Shown in pieces: positions 1-9,009 of a stretch of DNA of 64,000 nt; position 1 is the stretch's first letter, and every line of letters starts with the position of its first letter. The position numbers were made by a program, and so were the translations under genes. The stretch spans positions 7,282 to 71,281 of the forward strand of contig JAYUCH010000036.1 in the NCBI GenBank assembly GCA_043740435.1. Reading direction: 5' to 3'. A model generated the notes under the pieces. That model was not told the origin of the DNA, searched no databases, and saw nothing but the letters and a program-made list of their open reading frames with translations. The stretch comes from Bdellovibrionales bacterium (GTDB lineage Bacteria > Bdellovibrionota > Bdellovibrionia > Bdellovibrionales > Bdellovibrionaceae).

Positions 1-347
1 ATAATAATTTCGCCGGTAATTTCATTCTCGGACGACCAGATAACAAAAGATGTTTCAGGTGATAAATTTTCGATAAATTCATACCAAGTCTGCTTTTCTG
101 ATTTGATATTCATTGGGGTCGATGTTCGCTGCCAGCTGGGGGACAAACTGTCGACCAAACTCGAGCCGTTTTTACAAATTCCAATATTGGGCCTATGAGC
201 TTGAAACTGTTGCAGTGCCAAGGTGACATCAAAAGCAGCCAAATAAGCTGTCTGATAAATTCGAAGATTCAATTTTTCTTGAAACAAATTTTCCGCAATT
301 TGTTCATTTAATTTTTGATAATCTTCATATGCGTTATAAAATGCCAT
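1..347 (-). CDS. Hypothetical protein, N-terminal part (runs off window start); possible degenerate PLP aminotransferase class V fold
   Basis: Open frame from ATG at 347 to the edge: MAFYNAYEDYQKLNEQ...SFVIWSSENEITGEII. ENEITG resembles the NNETG/NNEIG segment of NifS/IscS-type enzymes. Absent from the supplied ORF track because it has no stop in the window. Confidence 0.5.
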   Translation of the reverse strand, partial: MAFYNAYEDYQKLNEQIAENLFQEKLNLRIYQTAYLAAFDVTLALQQFQAHRPNIGICKNGSSLVDSLSPSWQRTSTPMNIKSEKQTWYEFIENLSPETSFVIWSSENEITGEII

Positions 348-387
348 TAGATCTATGTTCCCATCTGATTTCTCAAACCAAGAAAGC

Positions 388-403
388 TGTGACTTTCATG
401 ACA
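388..403. promoter_or_regulatory. CRP/FNR-family-like site candidate
   Basis: TGTGA-ctttca-TGACA, one mismatch from TGTGA-N6-TCACA, in a divergent intergenic region. Confidence 0.2.
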
Positions 404-486
404 CTGCACGTGTCTTGTTCTAGGGAACTGACAATATATTTTGCCAGCCCGGCAGATTCAGGTTTTAATAATCTTAAGAGGTAATC

Positions 487-1128
487 ATGAAAAAACAAAT
501 ATTAAAACAAATGCTTCCCGTAGTTTTTATTACAACAATTTTTTTACCCGTCAGCAGTTGGGCTCTTTTTACGGCTCGTGCGACTTACGGCCTTTTGACA
601 TCCAAACAAGATATCTCTTCGATTTGTCAGGGATCGTGCACGGCGCCTAGCAGTGCCCCAGGAATAGTGCCCACGTACGGTTTAGGCTTGGATGCATTAG
701 TTAAATTACCATTAATTCCATTCGGCTTTGGTCTCCGTTACGAGAAACAAGGTTTATCTGCTTCCGCTGGAAATGTTGAAGCAAGTGTTAACTATACACG
801 ATCAGCGCTTTTAGTGAATTACCGCCTGATCGATACAATCGTACACTTTGGACCAATAGCGTCTTACGGACTGTCACATTCGGGAAATTTTTCAATCAAG
901 GAAAGTGGCGTGACTAAGGTCGATGTCACACCCAGCAGCTTTACGTCTTACTCGCTAGGTCTTGAACTCGAATTGAAACCCTTAATCGTGATCCCGTTGA
1001 TTGTGGGCGCTGAAGCCGGTTATATGGGCTTTAAATGGAACAATTCTGTCAATTCAGTTGATTCCACATCAAAAAATATTGATTTAAGTGGAACCTATAT
1101 GAAAGTTTTCTTAGGTTTAGATATCTAA
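487..1128 (+). CDS. Outer-membrane beta-barrel protein (small, OmpA/OmpW-like size)
   Basis: GAGG SD, signal peptide ending SWA, alternating amphipathic strands (GFGLRYE, YSLGLELEL, VGAEAGY), C-terminal strand YMKVFLGLDI. Confidence 0.7.
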   Translation: MKKQILKQMLPVVFITTIFLPVSSWALFTARATYGLLTSKQDISSICQGSCTAPSSAPGIVPTYGLGLDALVKLPLIPFGFGLRYEKQGLSASAGNVEASVNYTRSALLVNYRLIDTIVHFGPIASYGLSHSGNFSIKESGVTKVDVTPSSFTSYSLGLELELKPLIVIPLIVGAEAGYMGFKWNNSVNSVDSTSKNIDLSGTYMKVFLGLDI

Positions 1129-1184
1129 GTTAGAATTTAAATCCAGACCTGGACTTAGCGTGTCCAGATCGAAAAAAATCCAGT

Positions 1185-1211
1185 TCAGTGATGACGGCCA
1201 ATAGCCGAAAT
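1185..1211 (+). promoter_or_regulatory. sigma28(FliA)-like promoter, probably leaderless
   Basis: TCAG-N15-GCCGAAAT vs consensus TAAA-N15-GCCGATAA; ATG 7 nt downstream, no SD. Confidence 0.3.
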
Positions 1212-1218
1212 AACATCA

Positions 1219-2274
1219 ATGAACTGGATTTTTTTTTCACCCTTATATTTTTTTGTTATTCTAAGCATTTCTTTTTCTGCTCGGGCCCAGTTTTATTTTT
1301 TAAATTCTGAAAAAACTGTAACAAGTTCGGTGCCTCAAAGCGTAAATTCAGTGGAAAATCAGCTTGGCGTATTGCCGCGCGGTACCGTTTTTGAAGTTCT
1401 AGAGGCCCAAGCCCAGGCTGTTCGAATCAAACTTTGGATATTAAAAAATGATCCACAACTCGAATTTTTTAAAAAACTATGGCTGCAGAATTATCTTTCC
1501 ATAAACAAAGATTTATGGCTTTACAAAGATGATACTGACCCAAAATCAAAAATTGATTTTATCAAAATAAAGCCAGAACGCAGTCAGTTAATATCACCTG
1601 AGTCCATCATCAGTGAAGCAAAAAGTCCAAGCACCGACTGCCTTGATGGCAGCTGCGAAAAAAATTTAGCCAGCACAAAAAGTGAAAGTGCAATCGAAAA
1701 TACAGAAGCCTTACGCGAAATTGCTGACAAAATTAATCCGGATGCAGATGCCAGTGAATCCAAACTAGAGCAGCAAATAAAAAATTTCAGCGAAAGTGCC
1801 CAAGTGAGCTCATCCATTGAATATGCATTGAAAAACAAACGCTCGCATTCAACGGGCAAATGTTATCGGTCTGTCAAATTTGCCTTGGCGGCATCTCCGA
1901 GGGGAACAAAAAAAGAAGGACTAATACCGGGACATTTTAGTGACTCTGCGGCCGTACAGTCGAAAGAAAGTCTTAAAAAATTTGGCTTCATTAATTTATT
2001 AGAAAAATTTCCTTACAGTTTTAAATTAGCGACGAATCCGTCCGAGGCCCCGAAAGGTGCAGTCTTAGTCTATTCCAGTGGTCTTCGGTGTAAAGGAACA
2101 CAAATTAAAGATTGCGGCCACGTCGAAATAAAAACCTCTGAGCCTGGAAAACCTGGCTATGTCAGTGACTACTATTCAGATGATCCCATTAGTGAAACTG
2201 CGCATCAGCGCAGTTTAAAAAAACCAATCTATAAATTAGTGGCTATTATGATAAAGCCTATGGATACCAAATGA
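1219..2274 (+). CDS. Secreted protein with C-terminal CHAP/NlpC-P60-like (papain-fold) peptidoglycan amidase domain
   Basis: Signal peptide (ARA). C-terminal motifs GKCYRSVKFAL (Cys), APKGAVLVY, CGHVEI (His), YVSDY match the CHAP/Tae-type amidase pattern. N-terminal GVLPRGTVFEVLE...VRIKL resembles SH3b. Confidence 0.65.
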   Translation: MNWIFFSPLYFFVILSISFSARAQFYFLNSEKTVTSSVPQSVNSVENQLGVLPRGTVFEVLEAQAQAVRIKLWILKNDPQLEFFKKLWLQNYLSINKDLWLYKDDTDPKSKIDFIKIKPERSQLISPESIISEAKSPSTDCLDGSCEKNLASTKSESAIENTEALREIADKINPDADASESKLEQQIKNFSESAQVSSSIEYALKNKRSHSTGKCYRSVKFALAASPRGTKKEGLIPGHFSDSAAVQSKESLKKFGFINLLEKFPYSFKLATNPSEAPKGAVLVYSSGLRCKGTQIKDCGHVEIKTSEPGKPGYVSDYYSDDPISETAHQRSLKKPIYKLVAIMIKPMDTK

Positions 2275-2630
2275 AAACTTTAATTATTTTACTTTCTTTT
2301 TGCGCAGGTTTACAAACTTTTGCTGCCGAGACCTTTGTGAAATTAGAATCAGCAAAAGAAAATCCGTTAGTTTACTTACAAAAAATATCAGAAAAAAAGT
2401 TAGATGAAAAAAAAGATATCGAGCTTGTAAAGCAAGCACTGCAGATTTTACTTAAACTGGACGAAACAGACCCGTCCAGAACAGGTGCCGCCATTTTAGC
2501 AGAAAGTTTTGGCAAAAATAAAAAACTTTATCAAAAAGCTGCGAAGCAAATAGAAACAAAAAAAAATAAAACTTCTTTGTCTGAAATTTTAGAAATGATG
2601 AAAACTTTAAATGAAAACGGAAATGGTTAA
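2271..2630 (+). CDS. Small secreted helical hypothetical protein, coupled to the amidase gene
   Basis: ATGA 4-nt overlap with upstream stop; signal peptide MKTLIILLSFCAGLQTFA; Lys/Glu-rich helical mature part. Confidence 0.7.
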   Translation: MKTLIILLSFCAGLQTFAAETFVKLESAKENPLVYLQKISEKKLDEKKDIELVKQALQILLKLDETDPSRTGAAILAESFGKNKKLYQKAAKQIETKKNKTSLSEILEMMKTLNENGNG

Positions 2631-3151
2631 ATCCCCGCTTTATGACGATCTTGATCATCCAGCACAGATTGCACGCCACCTTTAAGATTCGAGCGATACG
2701 CCAAGTGATTGATGTCATACACAAAATTAGCTCCGTTTAATCCAGGTGTTTGCCATTCAGGCCCGAGGCGAACGGCATCAACAGGACAGGCCTCTTCACA
2801 AAATCCACAAAAAACACAGCGAAGAATATCGATCTCGTAGCTGATCGGATATTTTTCGACCTGAGCATCTGGATGTTCACTGGCTTTAATAGTTATACAT
2901 TCTGCTGGACAGTTAGTTGCGCAAAGCATGCAGGCCGTGCAACGTATCGAGCCATCTTTTTTAACTGTCAGAACATGATTGCCTTTAAACCGCGGAGAAT
3001 ATTCATATTTTTCTTCCGGATAATTTAAAGTGATCATTTTCTTTCGATTAAATAAATTCGATAGAAGATGCTTCATCGTGATGACTAATCCTGCAGCGAC
3101 GTCTAAAAAGTACCACTGCTTTGCATTATCTTTTTGTTTTACTACTGACAT
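2627..3151 (-). CDS. nuoI: NADH-quinone oxidoreductase subunit I
   Basis: Two 4Fe-4S motifs CTACMLCATNCP and CVFCGFCEEACP; ITLNYPEEK, PRFKG. Confidence 0.95.
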   Translation of the reverse strand: MSVVKQKDNAKQWYFLDVAAGLVITMKHLLSNLFNRKKMITLNYPEEKYEYSPRFKGNHVLTVKKDGSIRCTACMLCATNCPAECITIKASEHPDAQVEKYPISYEIDILRCVFCGFCEEACPVDAVRLGPEWQTPGLNGANFVYDINHLAYRSNLKGGVQSVLDDQDRHKAGI

Positions 3152-3181
3152 ACAAGTCTCCGTTTTTTCTCAAGCTACGAA

Positions 3182-4777
3182 CTACAACGACCCACGATTA
3201 AAGACGAATTCATTTTTCTTACGGTGCTCTAAAGTCACTTGATCTGTTCGGCCGTTGGCAGCAACAAAAAGACTTTCTTCAGGCACTGCAGTTACCGTTA
3301 CATTTTGTCCTGCAATCAAAGCTGCTGTTTCAATCAGTGTCAGCGCTTCGCTAACAACTGTTGTTACTTTCTTAAATTTTTGCATCAGACCTTTTGCGTT
3401 GATAAAAGTTCCATTTTTTTCAATGAAAGTTTTAAGCGGAACCAAAGTTATTTTATTGGCTCCGGAATACGCCCCCAAAGTAGGAATTTTTGCAGAAGAC
3501 AAATACACTAAATTTTCAGCTTGAATGAACAGCTGCACTTTACTTTGAAGATCTGGATACACGAATGTGTTTTCTGGACCTGCTACGACTAAGTGTTTTA
3601 TTTTTTTCGTTTTTAAAGCGTCTTCTAAATCTGACCATTTGGTTGTGATGCCATACTTTTCTAAAGTCTGCAGTAGACCTTTGGTGTTCGGGTTTTTATC
3701 ACCACGAAGCAAAAGTCCGTCAAAACTTTCAAAAGATTCCTTGTTATTTACCCAGTGAAAAATATTTTTTGTTTTATATACATTCACAAAAGTAGTTATT
3801 ATTGCTTCGTACTCTTCCACCGTGTGCTGGCCTGTTAAAACTAAGCCAATTTCTTCGGCTTTCGCTTCTTTCAAATTCCCAGCGACATCTTTTGCCACGG
3901 CTCCGGGATGCAAGTCTGCGTGCCATTGATTATTTAAAAACTTAGAACCTTTTAATAAACGCATTTCTTTGTTCACAAATTTGTAAGTGTCACGACCCTC
4001 GTCGCACATCCAGTGCCCATTCACTTCGGCATTAAATACCGGTTTTACGCGGAACAAACCCTCTTTGTTATAAAATACCTTAACGTTACAACCGGTCGAA
4101 CATCCATTACACACTGTTTGCGATTCTTTTAAATACCAAACCCGTTGCTTGAAACGGAAATCTTTCGACGTCAGTGCACCAACCGGACAAATATCCACGG
4201 TATTCAGTGAATATTTATTATCTAGTTTTTTTCCAGCATGAGTTCCGATTTCTGCGTGATCTCCACGATTAAATATTCCAAGTTCGTTTGTTTTGGAAAC
4301 TTCATCTGTAAAACGCACGCACCGAGAACACAAAATGCAGCGTTCAGAATCTAAGACGACTGTGGGACCCAGATCGACGACTTTATGTTTTTTTTGTTTT
4401 TTCTCGGCCATTTCAGAATCGTACTGGCCGTATTCCATGTACTGGTCTTGCAAACCGCATTCACCGGCTTGATCGCACACCGGACAATCCAGTGGATGAT
4501 TAATTAAATGAAAGTCTAAGCCCCATTTCGTGGCCTCTTTCACTTTTTCAGAAGTATTGTTGATGACCATGCCCTCGGTGATTGTGGTATTACAAGCAAT
4601 CTGAACTCGGGGATTACCTTGAATTTCAACCATACATAAACGACAAACACCTGCGATACTTAAACCGGGATGCCAACAGTAATGGGCAATACGCTGAGAA
4701 TTTTCCGTCATCGCCTGAATGATTGTCGTACCTGGCTTAACTTCCAGGGCTACGCCATTAATGGTGCATTTCAACAT
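3182..4777 (-). CDS. nuoG: NADH-quinone oxidoreductase subunit G (short, 531 aa)
   Basis: HYCWHPGLSIAGVCRLCMVE, HPLDCPVCDQAGECGLQD, RCILCSRCVRF, DICPVGAL, CNGCSTGC. Start moved to ATG 4777 (AAGGA SD) because the longer ORF lies inside nuoF. Confidence 0.9.
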   Translation of the reverse strand: MLKCTINGVALEVKPGTTIIQAMTENSQRIAHYCWHPGLSIAGVCRLCMVEIQGNPRVQIACNTTITEGMVINNTSEKVKEATKWGLDFHLINHPLDCPVCDQAGECGLQDQYMEYGQYDSEMAEKKQKKHKVVDLGPTVVLDSERCILCSRCVRFTDEVSKTNELGIFNRGDHAEIGTHAGKKLDNKYSLNTVDICPVGALTSKDFRFKQRVWYLKESQTVCNGCSTGCNVKVFYNKEGLFRVKPVFNAEVNGHWMCDEGRDTYKFVNKEMRLLKGSKFLNNQWHADLHPGAVAKDVAGNLKEAKAEEIGLVLTGQHTVEEYEAIITTFVNVYKTKNIFHWVNNKESFESFDGLLLRGDKNPNTKGLLQTLEKYGITTKWSDLEDALKTKKIKHLVVAGPENTFVYPDLQSKVQLFIQAENLVYLSSAKIPTLGAYSGANKITLVPLKTFIEKNGTFINAKGLMQKFKKVTTVVSEALTLIETAALIAGQNVTVTAVPEESLFVAANGRTDQVTLEHRKKNEFVFNRGSL

Positions 4778-6080
4778 GAGATATTCCTTTGTAAGCCGTA
4801 CCTTTAACTTTTGATTTTCCTTCACGAACAAAATATTCAAATTCATCACGAAATTTTGTAACAAAACTAATAACGGGTAATGCAGCTGCATCAGATAGTG
4901 CGCAAATTGTGCGACCCTTCATGTTGTCAGAAATTTTCAGCAATAATTCAATGTCTTGCATGCGACCTTTTCCTGATAAAATCGAATGCGTAATTTTATC
5001 TAACCAGCCGGTTCCTTCGCGGCAAGGTGTGCACTGGCCACAAGATTCATGATGATAAAAATGTGTCAAGTTTGCTAAACACTGAACCATACATTGCGAA
5101 TCATCAATAACGATGATGGCACCGGAACCTAGCATTGACCCCAGTTGCGCAAGATTTTCATAATCCATTAATGCTTTTTCTGATTCATCCGCAGTTAATA
5201 CCGGCGCTGAAGATCCACCGGGAATAACAGCTTTCAATTTTCGTCCGGGCTTAAATCCACCGCCCAAACCATAAACGATGTCTTTAAGTGGATAGCCCAA
5301 TGGCACTTCGTAATTTCCAGGCTTCATAATATTTCCAGATAATGAAAATAATTTTGTGCCGGATGATTTTTCAGTACCTAATTTTTTGTAATGAGCTGCC
5401 CCGTCACGAATAATGTATTTCACGACAGCTAATGTTTCGACGTTATTAACGATGGTTGGTTTTTTTAAATAACCCTGAACAGCTGGGAATGGAGGCTTTA
5501 ATTTCGGCTGCCCCTTAAGGCCTTCCAAAGAAGAAATCATTCCGGTTTCTTCGCCACATATGTAAGCTCCAGCACCACGGTAAATATCCATGTCGTGATC
5601 AAATCCAGAACCCAAAATATTTTTTCCTAAATAACCAGCCTTGTAAGCCTCTTGAATTGCAATTTCTAAAGTGGAAATCGATTGATCGTATTCACCACGC
5701 ACATAAATGTAAGATTTTTTTGAGCCAATCGCAAAAGCAGAAATAATCATCCCTTCAATCAGCTGATGCGGAGCGCGCTCCATCATCATACGATCTTTGA
5801 ACGTACCGGGTTCGCCTTCATCGGCGTTGCAAAGTAAGTAACGGGGTTCGTTGTTCTTTGGTAAAAAGCCCCATTTCATTCCTGTCGAAAAACCCGCACC
5901 ACCGCGACCGCGCAGACCAGAAGCTTTCACTTCATCAATGATAGCTTGGGGTTGCATTTTTAGTGCTTTTGCTAATTCAACATAACCACCATTTTTTTTA
6001 TAACCATCAATTCCTTTGAACTCAGGTAAATGGTAAAATTCAGAAAGATATTTTGTTTCTTGTGCTGTCTGCTGCGCCAT
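4758..6080 (-). CDS. nuoF: NADH-quinone oxidoreductase subunit F
   Basis: GLRGRGGAGF, NADEGEPGTFKDR, GAGAYICGEET, ESCGQCTPCREG, TICAL. Confidence 0.97.
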   Translation of the reverse strand: MAQQTAQETKYLSEFYHLPEFKGIDGYKKNGGYVELAKALKMQPQAIIDEVKASGLRGRGGAGFSTGMKWGFLPKNNEPRYLLCNADEGEPGTFKDRMMMERAPHQLIEGMIISAFAIGSKKSYIYVRGEYDQSISTLEIAIQEAYKAGYLGKNILGSGFDHDMDIYRGAGAYICGEETGMISSLEGLKGQPKLKPPFPAVQGYLKKPTIVNNVETLAVVKYIIRDGAAHYKKLGTEKSSGTKLFSLSGNIMKPGNYEVPLGYPLKDIVYGLGGGFKPGRKLKAVIPGGSSAPVLTADESEKALMDYENLAQLGSMLGSGAIIVIDDSQCMVQCLANLTHFYHHESCGQCTPCREGTGWLDKITHSILSGKGRMQDIELLLKISDNMKGRTICALSDAAALPVISFVTKFRDEFEYFVREGKSKVKGTAYKGISHVEMHH

Positions 6081-6090
6081 CTTTTTTTCC

Positions 6091-6567
6091 TTATTTCATC
6101 GTGCGAAGTAAATTCATCGCCGATTCCGGATTTAAATTTTCATAATACTTATCGCCAATTTGCATCATCGGAGCCGTTCCACAAGACCCCAAACATTCAA
6201 CTTCAGAAACGCTGAATCGACCATCAACAGTCACTTGACCCAATTTGACATTCAACTCATTGCACATGTGTTCGGCCAATTCTCCAGCACCATTCAGCAT
6301 ACACGACAAGGTTCGACAAATTTGCACATGATATTTGCCCACATTTTTTTTGTTGTACATGGTGTAAAAAGTAAAAACTTCGTTGATCTGTGATTCTGGA
6401 ATTTCCATGACTTTAGAAAGTTCTTGAATCACAGCAGCGCTGATAAAACCGTTATTTTCTTTTTGTCCGATATACAAAGCCGGCAAAACCGCTGATTGTT
6501 TTGATTCATATCTTTTCAGTTCAGCCAGAACTTGTGCTTTTCCATCAATTGATAATTGAAACATCAT
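6091..6567 (-). CDS. nuoE: NADH-quinone oxidoreductase subunit E
   Basis: FTFYTMY, CRTLSC, VECLGSCGTAP (2Fe-2S ligands). Confidence 0.95.
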   Translation of the reverse strand: MMFQLSIDGKAQVLAELKRYESKQSAVLPALYIGQKENNGFISAAVIQELSKVMEIPESQINEVFTFYTMYNKKNVGKYHVQICRTLSCMLNGAGELAEHMCNELNVKLGQVTVDGRFSVSEVECLGSCGTAPMMQIGDKYYENLNPESAMNLLRTMK

Positions 6568-6578
6568 CTATCCTTTTT

Positions 6579-8264
6579 TTAGCGATCCAATTCGCCAGCA
6601 ATAACATTCATACTTGCAACCGTAGCAATCGCATCCGCAAGCATCGAGCCCTTCACCACTTCAGGGAAAGACTGATAAATTGCAAAACACGGTGGCCGTA
6701 CTTTCAGACGATACGGATTCGCCGAGCCATCACTGACTAAATAAAATCCAAGTTCGCCATTGGCCGCTTCTGTCGCGTCGTAAATTTCACCAACGGGCGG
6801 ACGTAAACCTTTGATCACCAACATAAAGTGATTCATCAAACCTTCAATGTTTCCGTAAACATCTTTTTTCTCTGGCAGAACAATATTTTTATCACGAATG
6901 GTGTAATCTCCGCCTGGCATGCTTTTCACAACTTGCCGAATGATTCGCACACTTTGTCGCATTTCTTCTATACGAACCAAATAACGATCGTAGATATCAC
7001 CGGCTGCACCGATTGGAATATCAAAATCATATTTGTCGTAACCATAATAAGGATTGGTACGACGTAAATCTAAATTCACACCCGATGCCCGCAGTAATGG
7101 ACCTGTGTAACCCCAAGCAATTGCGTCGTCTTTTGAAACGGGACACACACTTTGGGTTCGCTTAATAAAAATTTTGTTACCAATCATCAGGTTTGCAATT
7201 TCATCAATACCAACACTGACTTCATCACAAAATTTAAGAACACTTTCAAACCAACCATCTGGTGCGTCCTGGGCCATACCACCCACTCGAGTCATAGAAA
7301 CAGTTAGGCGTGCACCACAAAGTTTTTCAAATAACGAATAAACTTTTTCGCGGTAACTGAATAAATGAAAAAATGCAGTTAACGCGCCCAAATCAACGCC
7401 GCCCGTACCTACAGACACAGTGTGATCAATGATTCGCGAAAGCTCACAAAGTAAAACACGCATAGCTTGCGCCCGCGCCGGAATTTCTACGCCTAATAAT
7501 TTTTCTACGGTTTTACAATAACCCACATTGTTCATCGGTGCCGAGCAATAATTCAAACGATCGGTGTAAGGAATCACCTGATTATACGGATGTGTTTCCG
7601 CCATCTTTTCGAAACAGCGGTGCAAATATCCAATTTCACAAGCGGCGCGCACCACAGTTTCACCATCAAGTTCAGCCATGACACGCAAAGTGCCATGCAT
7701 CGCTGGATGCGAAGGTCCGATGTTAATCGGAACATAACGAGAATCTAACAAGTCACCGCGTTGATCGGAAGTATTATCAAAATGAATTGGTAAAACACTT
7801 GTACATGCTTGCTGAGCATCGGCTTCGTAATCTTTTCTTAGGGGATGGCCGACAAATTGATGATGCGTTAAAATTTTTCTTAAGTTTGGATGTCCTGAAA
7901 ATTTTATTCCGAACATATCAAAAGCTTCACGTTCGAACCAATCGGCACCTTTCCAAATTGTGGTTGCTGTTCCCACAGATTCACCTTCGGCTAACTGAGT
8001 TTTTACACGCAGTCTGCGATAATCTTTGGTGCTAAAAAGATGATACACAACATCGAAACGCTTTGCCCGAGCCGGATAATCTACCCCGCAAACATCCATT
8101 AAAAAATTGTAACTGGCGTATTCTTTTAAATATTGCAGCAAAGCGGGAACCGCTTCTTTTTCGCATTCGATGACATCATCACCGACAGGTGTTGTTAAAA
8201 ATTTGAAAGGAACTGCGCCAAATTTAGCTGTCAGATCATTTTTTAAAATTTCAAAAGCACTCAT
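6579..8264 (-). CDS. nuoCD: Fused NADH-quinone oxidoreductase subunit C/D
   Basis: NuoC part ([28 protein letters not shown]) fused to NuoD part ([33 protein letters not shown]). Confidence 0.96.
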   Translation of the reverse strand: MSAFEILKNDLTAKFGAVPFKFLTTPVGDDVIECEKEAVPALLQYLKEYASYNFLMDVCGVDYPARAKRFDVVYHLFSTKDYRRLRVKTQLAEGESVGTATTIWKGADWFEREAFDMFGIKFSGHPNLRKILTHHQFVGHPLRKDYEADAQQACTSVLPIHFDNTSDQRGDLLDSRYVPINIGPSHPAMHGTLRVMAELDGETVVRAACEIGYLHRCFEKMAETHPYNQVIPYTDRLNYCSAPMNNVGYCKTVEKLLGVEIPARAQAMRVLLCELSRIIDHTVSVGTGGVDLGALTAFFHLFSYREKVYSLFEKLCGARLTVSMTRVGGMAQDAPDGWFESVLKFCDEVSVGIDEIANLMIGNKIFIKRTQSVCPVSKDDAIAWGYTGPLLRASGVNLDLRRTNPYYGYDKYDFDIPIGAAGDIYDRYLVRIEEMRQSVRIIRQVVKSMPGGDYTIRDKNIVLPEKKDVYGNIEGLMNHFMLVIKGLRPPVGEIYDATEAANGELGFYLVSDGSANPYRLKVRPPCFAIYQSFPEVVKGSMLADAIATVASMNVIAGELDR

Positions 8265-8812
8265 AAGGAAACTCCTGCAGTCAGTGCCGTGGTTGGCTTT
8301 TCATACGGAGATGTCCAAGTGTCGCGCCATGGACGCGGCACTTGGTCTTTAATCATTTTTTGTAAAGTCATCACGCCATCTAAAACGGCTTCTGGAGTTG
8401 GTGGACAACCTGGTACGTAAACGTCGACAGGTATAACTTTATCGCAGCCTTGCAGCACGTGATACGCGCGGTAAAAACCGCCCGAGCTGGCACAAGCTCC
8501 CATTGATAAAACATATTTTGGTTCCAGCATTTGTTGATAAATACGAACTAAGATCGGCGCCATTTTTTCAGTTATAGTACCGGCCACTAAAAGCAAATCC
8601 GATTGACGCGGAGAAAATCGAACAACTTCGGCACCAAATCTTGCTAGGTCATATTTAGGTCCCATGACGCTCATCAATTCAATTCCGCAGCAAGCCGTTC
8701 CATAAGGAAGTGGCCACAGTGAATTTCTTTGCCCCCAAGCGACCAGCGCGTCTAACTTTGTCGTTAGCGCAAATGACTTGGACATATCATCAACAGCTTT
8801 TAAATCTGACAT
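8261..8812 (-). CDS. nuoB: NADH-quinone oxidoreductase subunit B
   Basis: [34 protein letters not shown]. Confidence 0.97.
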   Translation of the reverse strand: MSDLKAVDDMSKSFALTTKLDALVAWGQRNSLWPLPYGTACCGIELMSVMGPKYDLARFGAEVVRFSPRQSDLLLVAGTITEKMAPILVRIYQQMLEPKYVLSMGACASSGGFYRAYHVLQGCDKVIPVDVYVPGCPPTPEAVLDGVMTLQKMIKDQVPRPWRDTWTSPYEKPTTALTAGVSL

Positions 8813-8828
8813 TTTTACATTCTCCGGT

Positions 8829-8844
8829 ATTGAGTTTTCTCAAT
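8829..8844. promoter_or_regulatory. Inverted repeat upstream of nuoB (FNR-like geometry)
   Basis: ATTGAG-tttt-CTCAAT; TTGAG-N4-CTCAA resembles the FNR box TTGAT-N4-ATCAA. Confidence 0.25.
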
Positions 8845-9009
8845 TCATTTTCATTCAGATTCTTACAAAAAAGCCAAATGAAGACAACGAGATAACAGAG
8901 AACTTTGTCGGGCAAAATTGTTTCAACGCAAATGCTCTGAGAGATTTTATTCCATTGTCGAATGCAGGTTTTCGTCCCTAGACTTTCACTACAACTAGGA
9001 GGGGATTAA

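Noticed and set aside
4778-4891. N-terminal extensions from the ORF caller (nuoG; also thioesterase, phnD, ACMSD, RidA, lipoprotein at 27914, 51126)
   Set aside because: They lie inside neighbouring genes or lack an SD; downstream starts fit family N-termini and coupling better.
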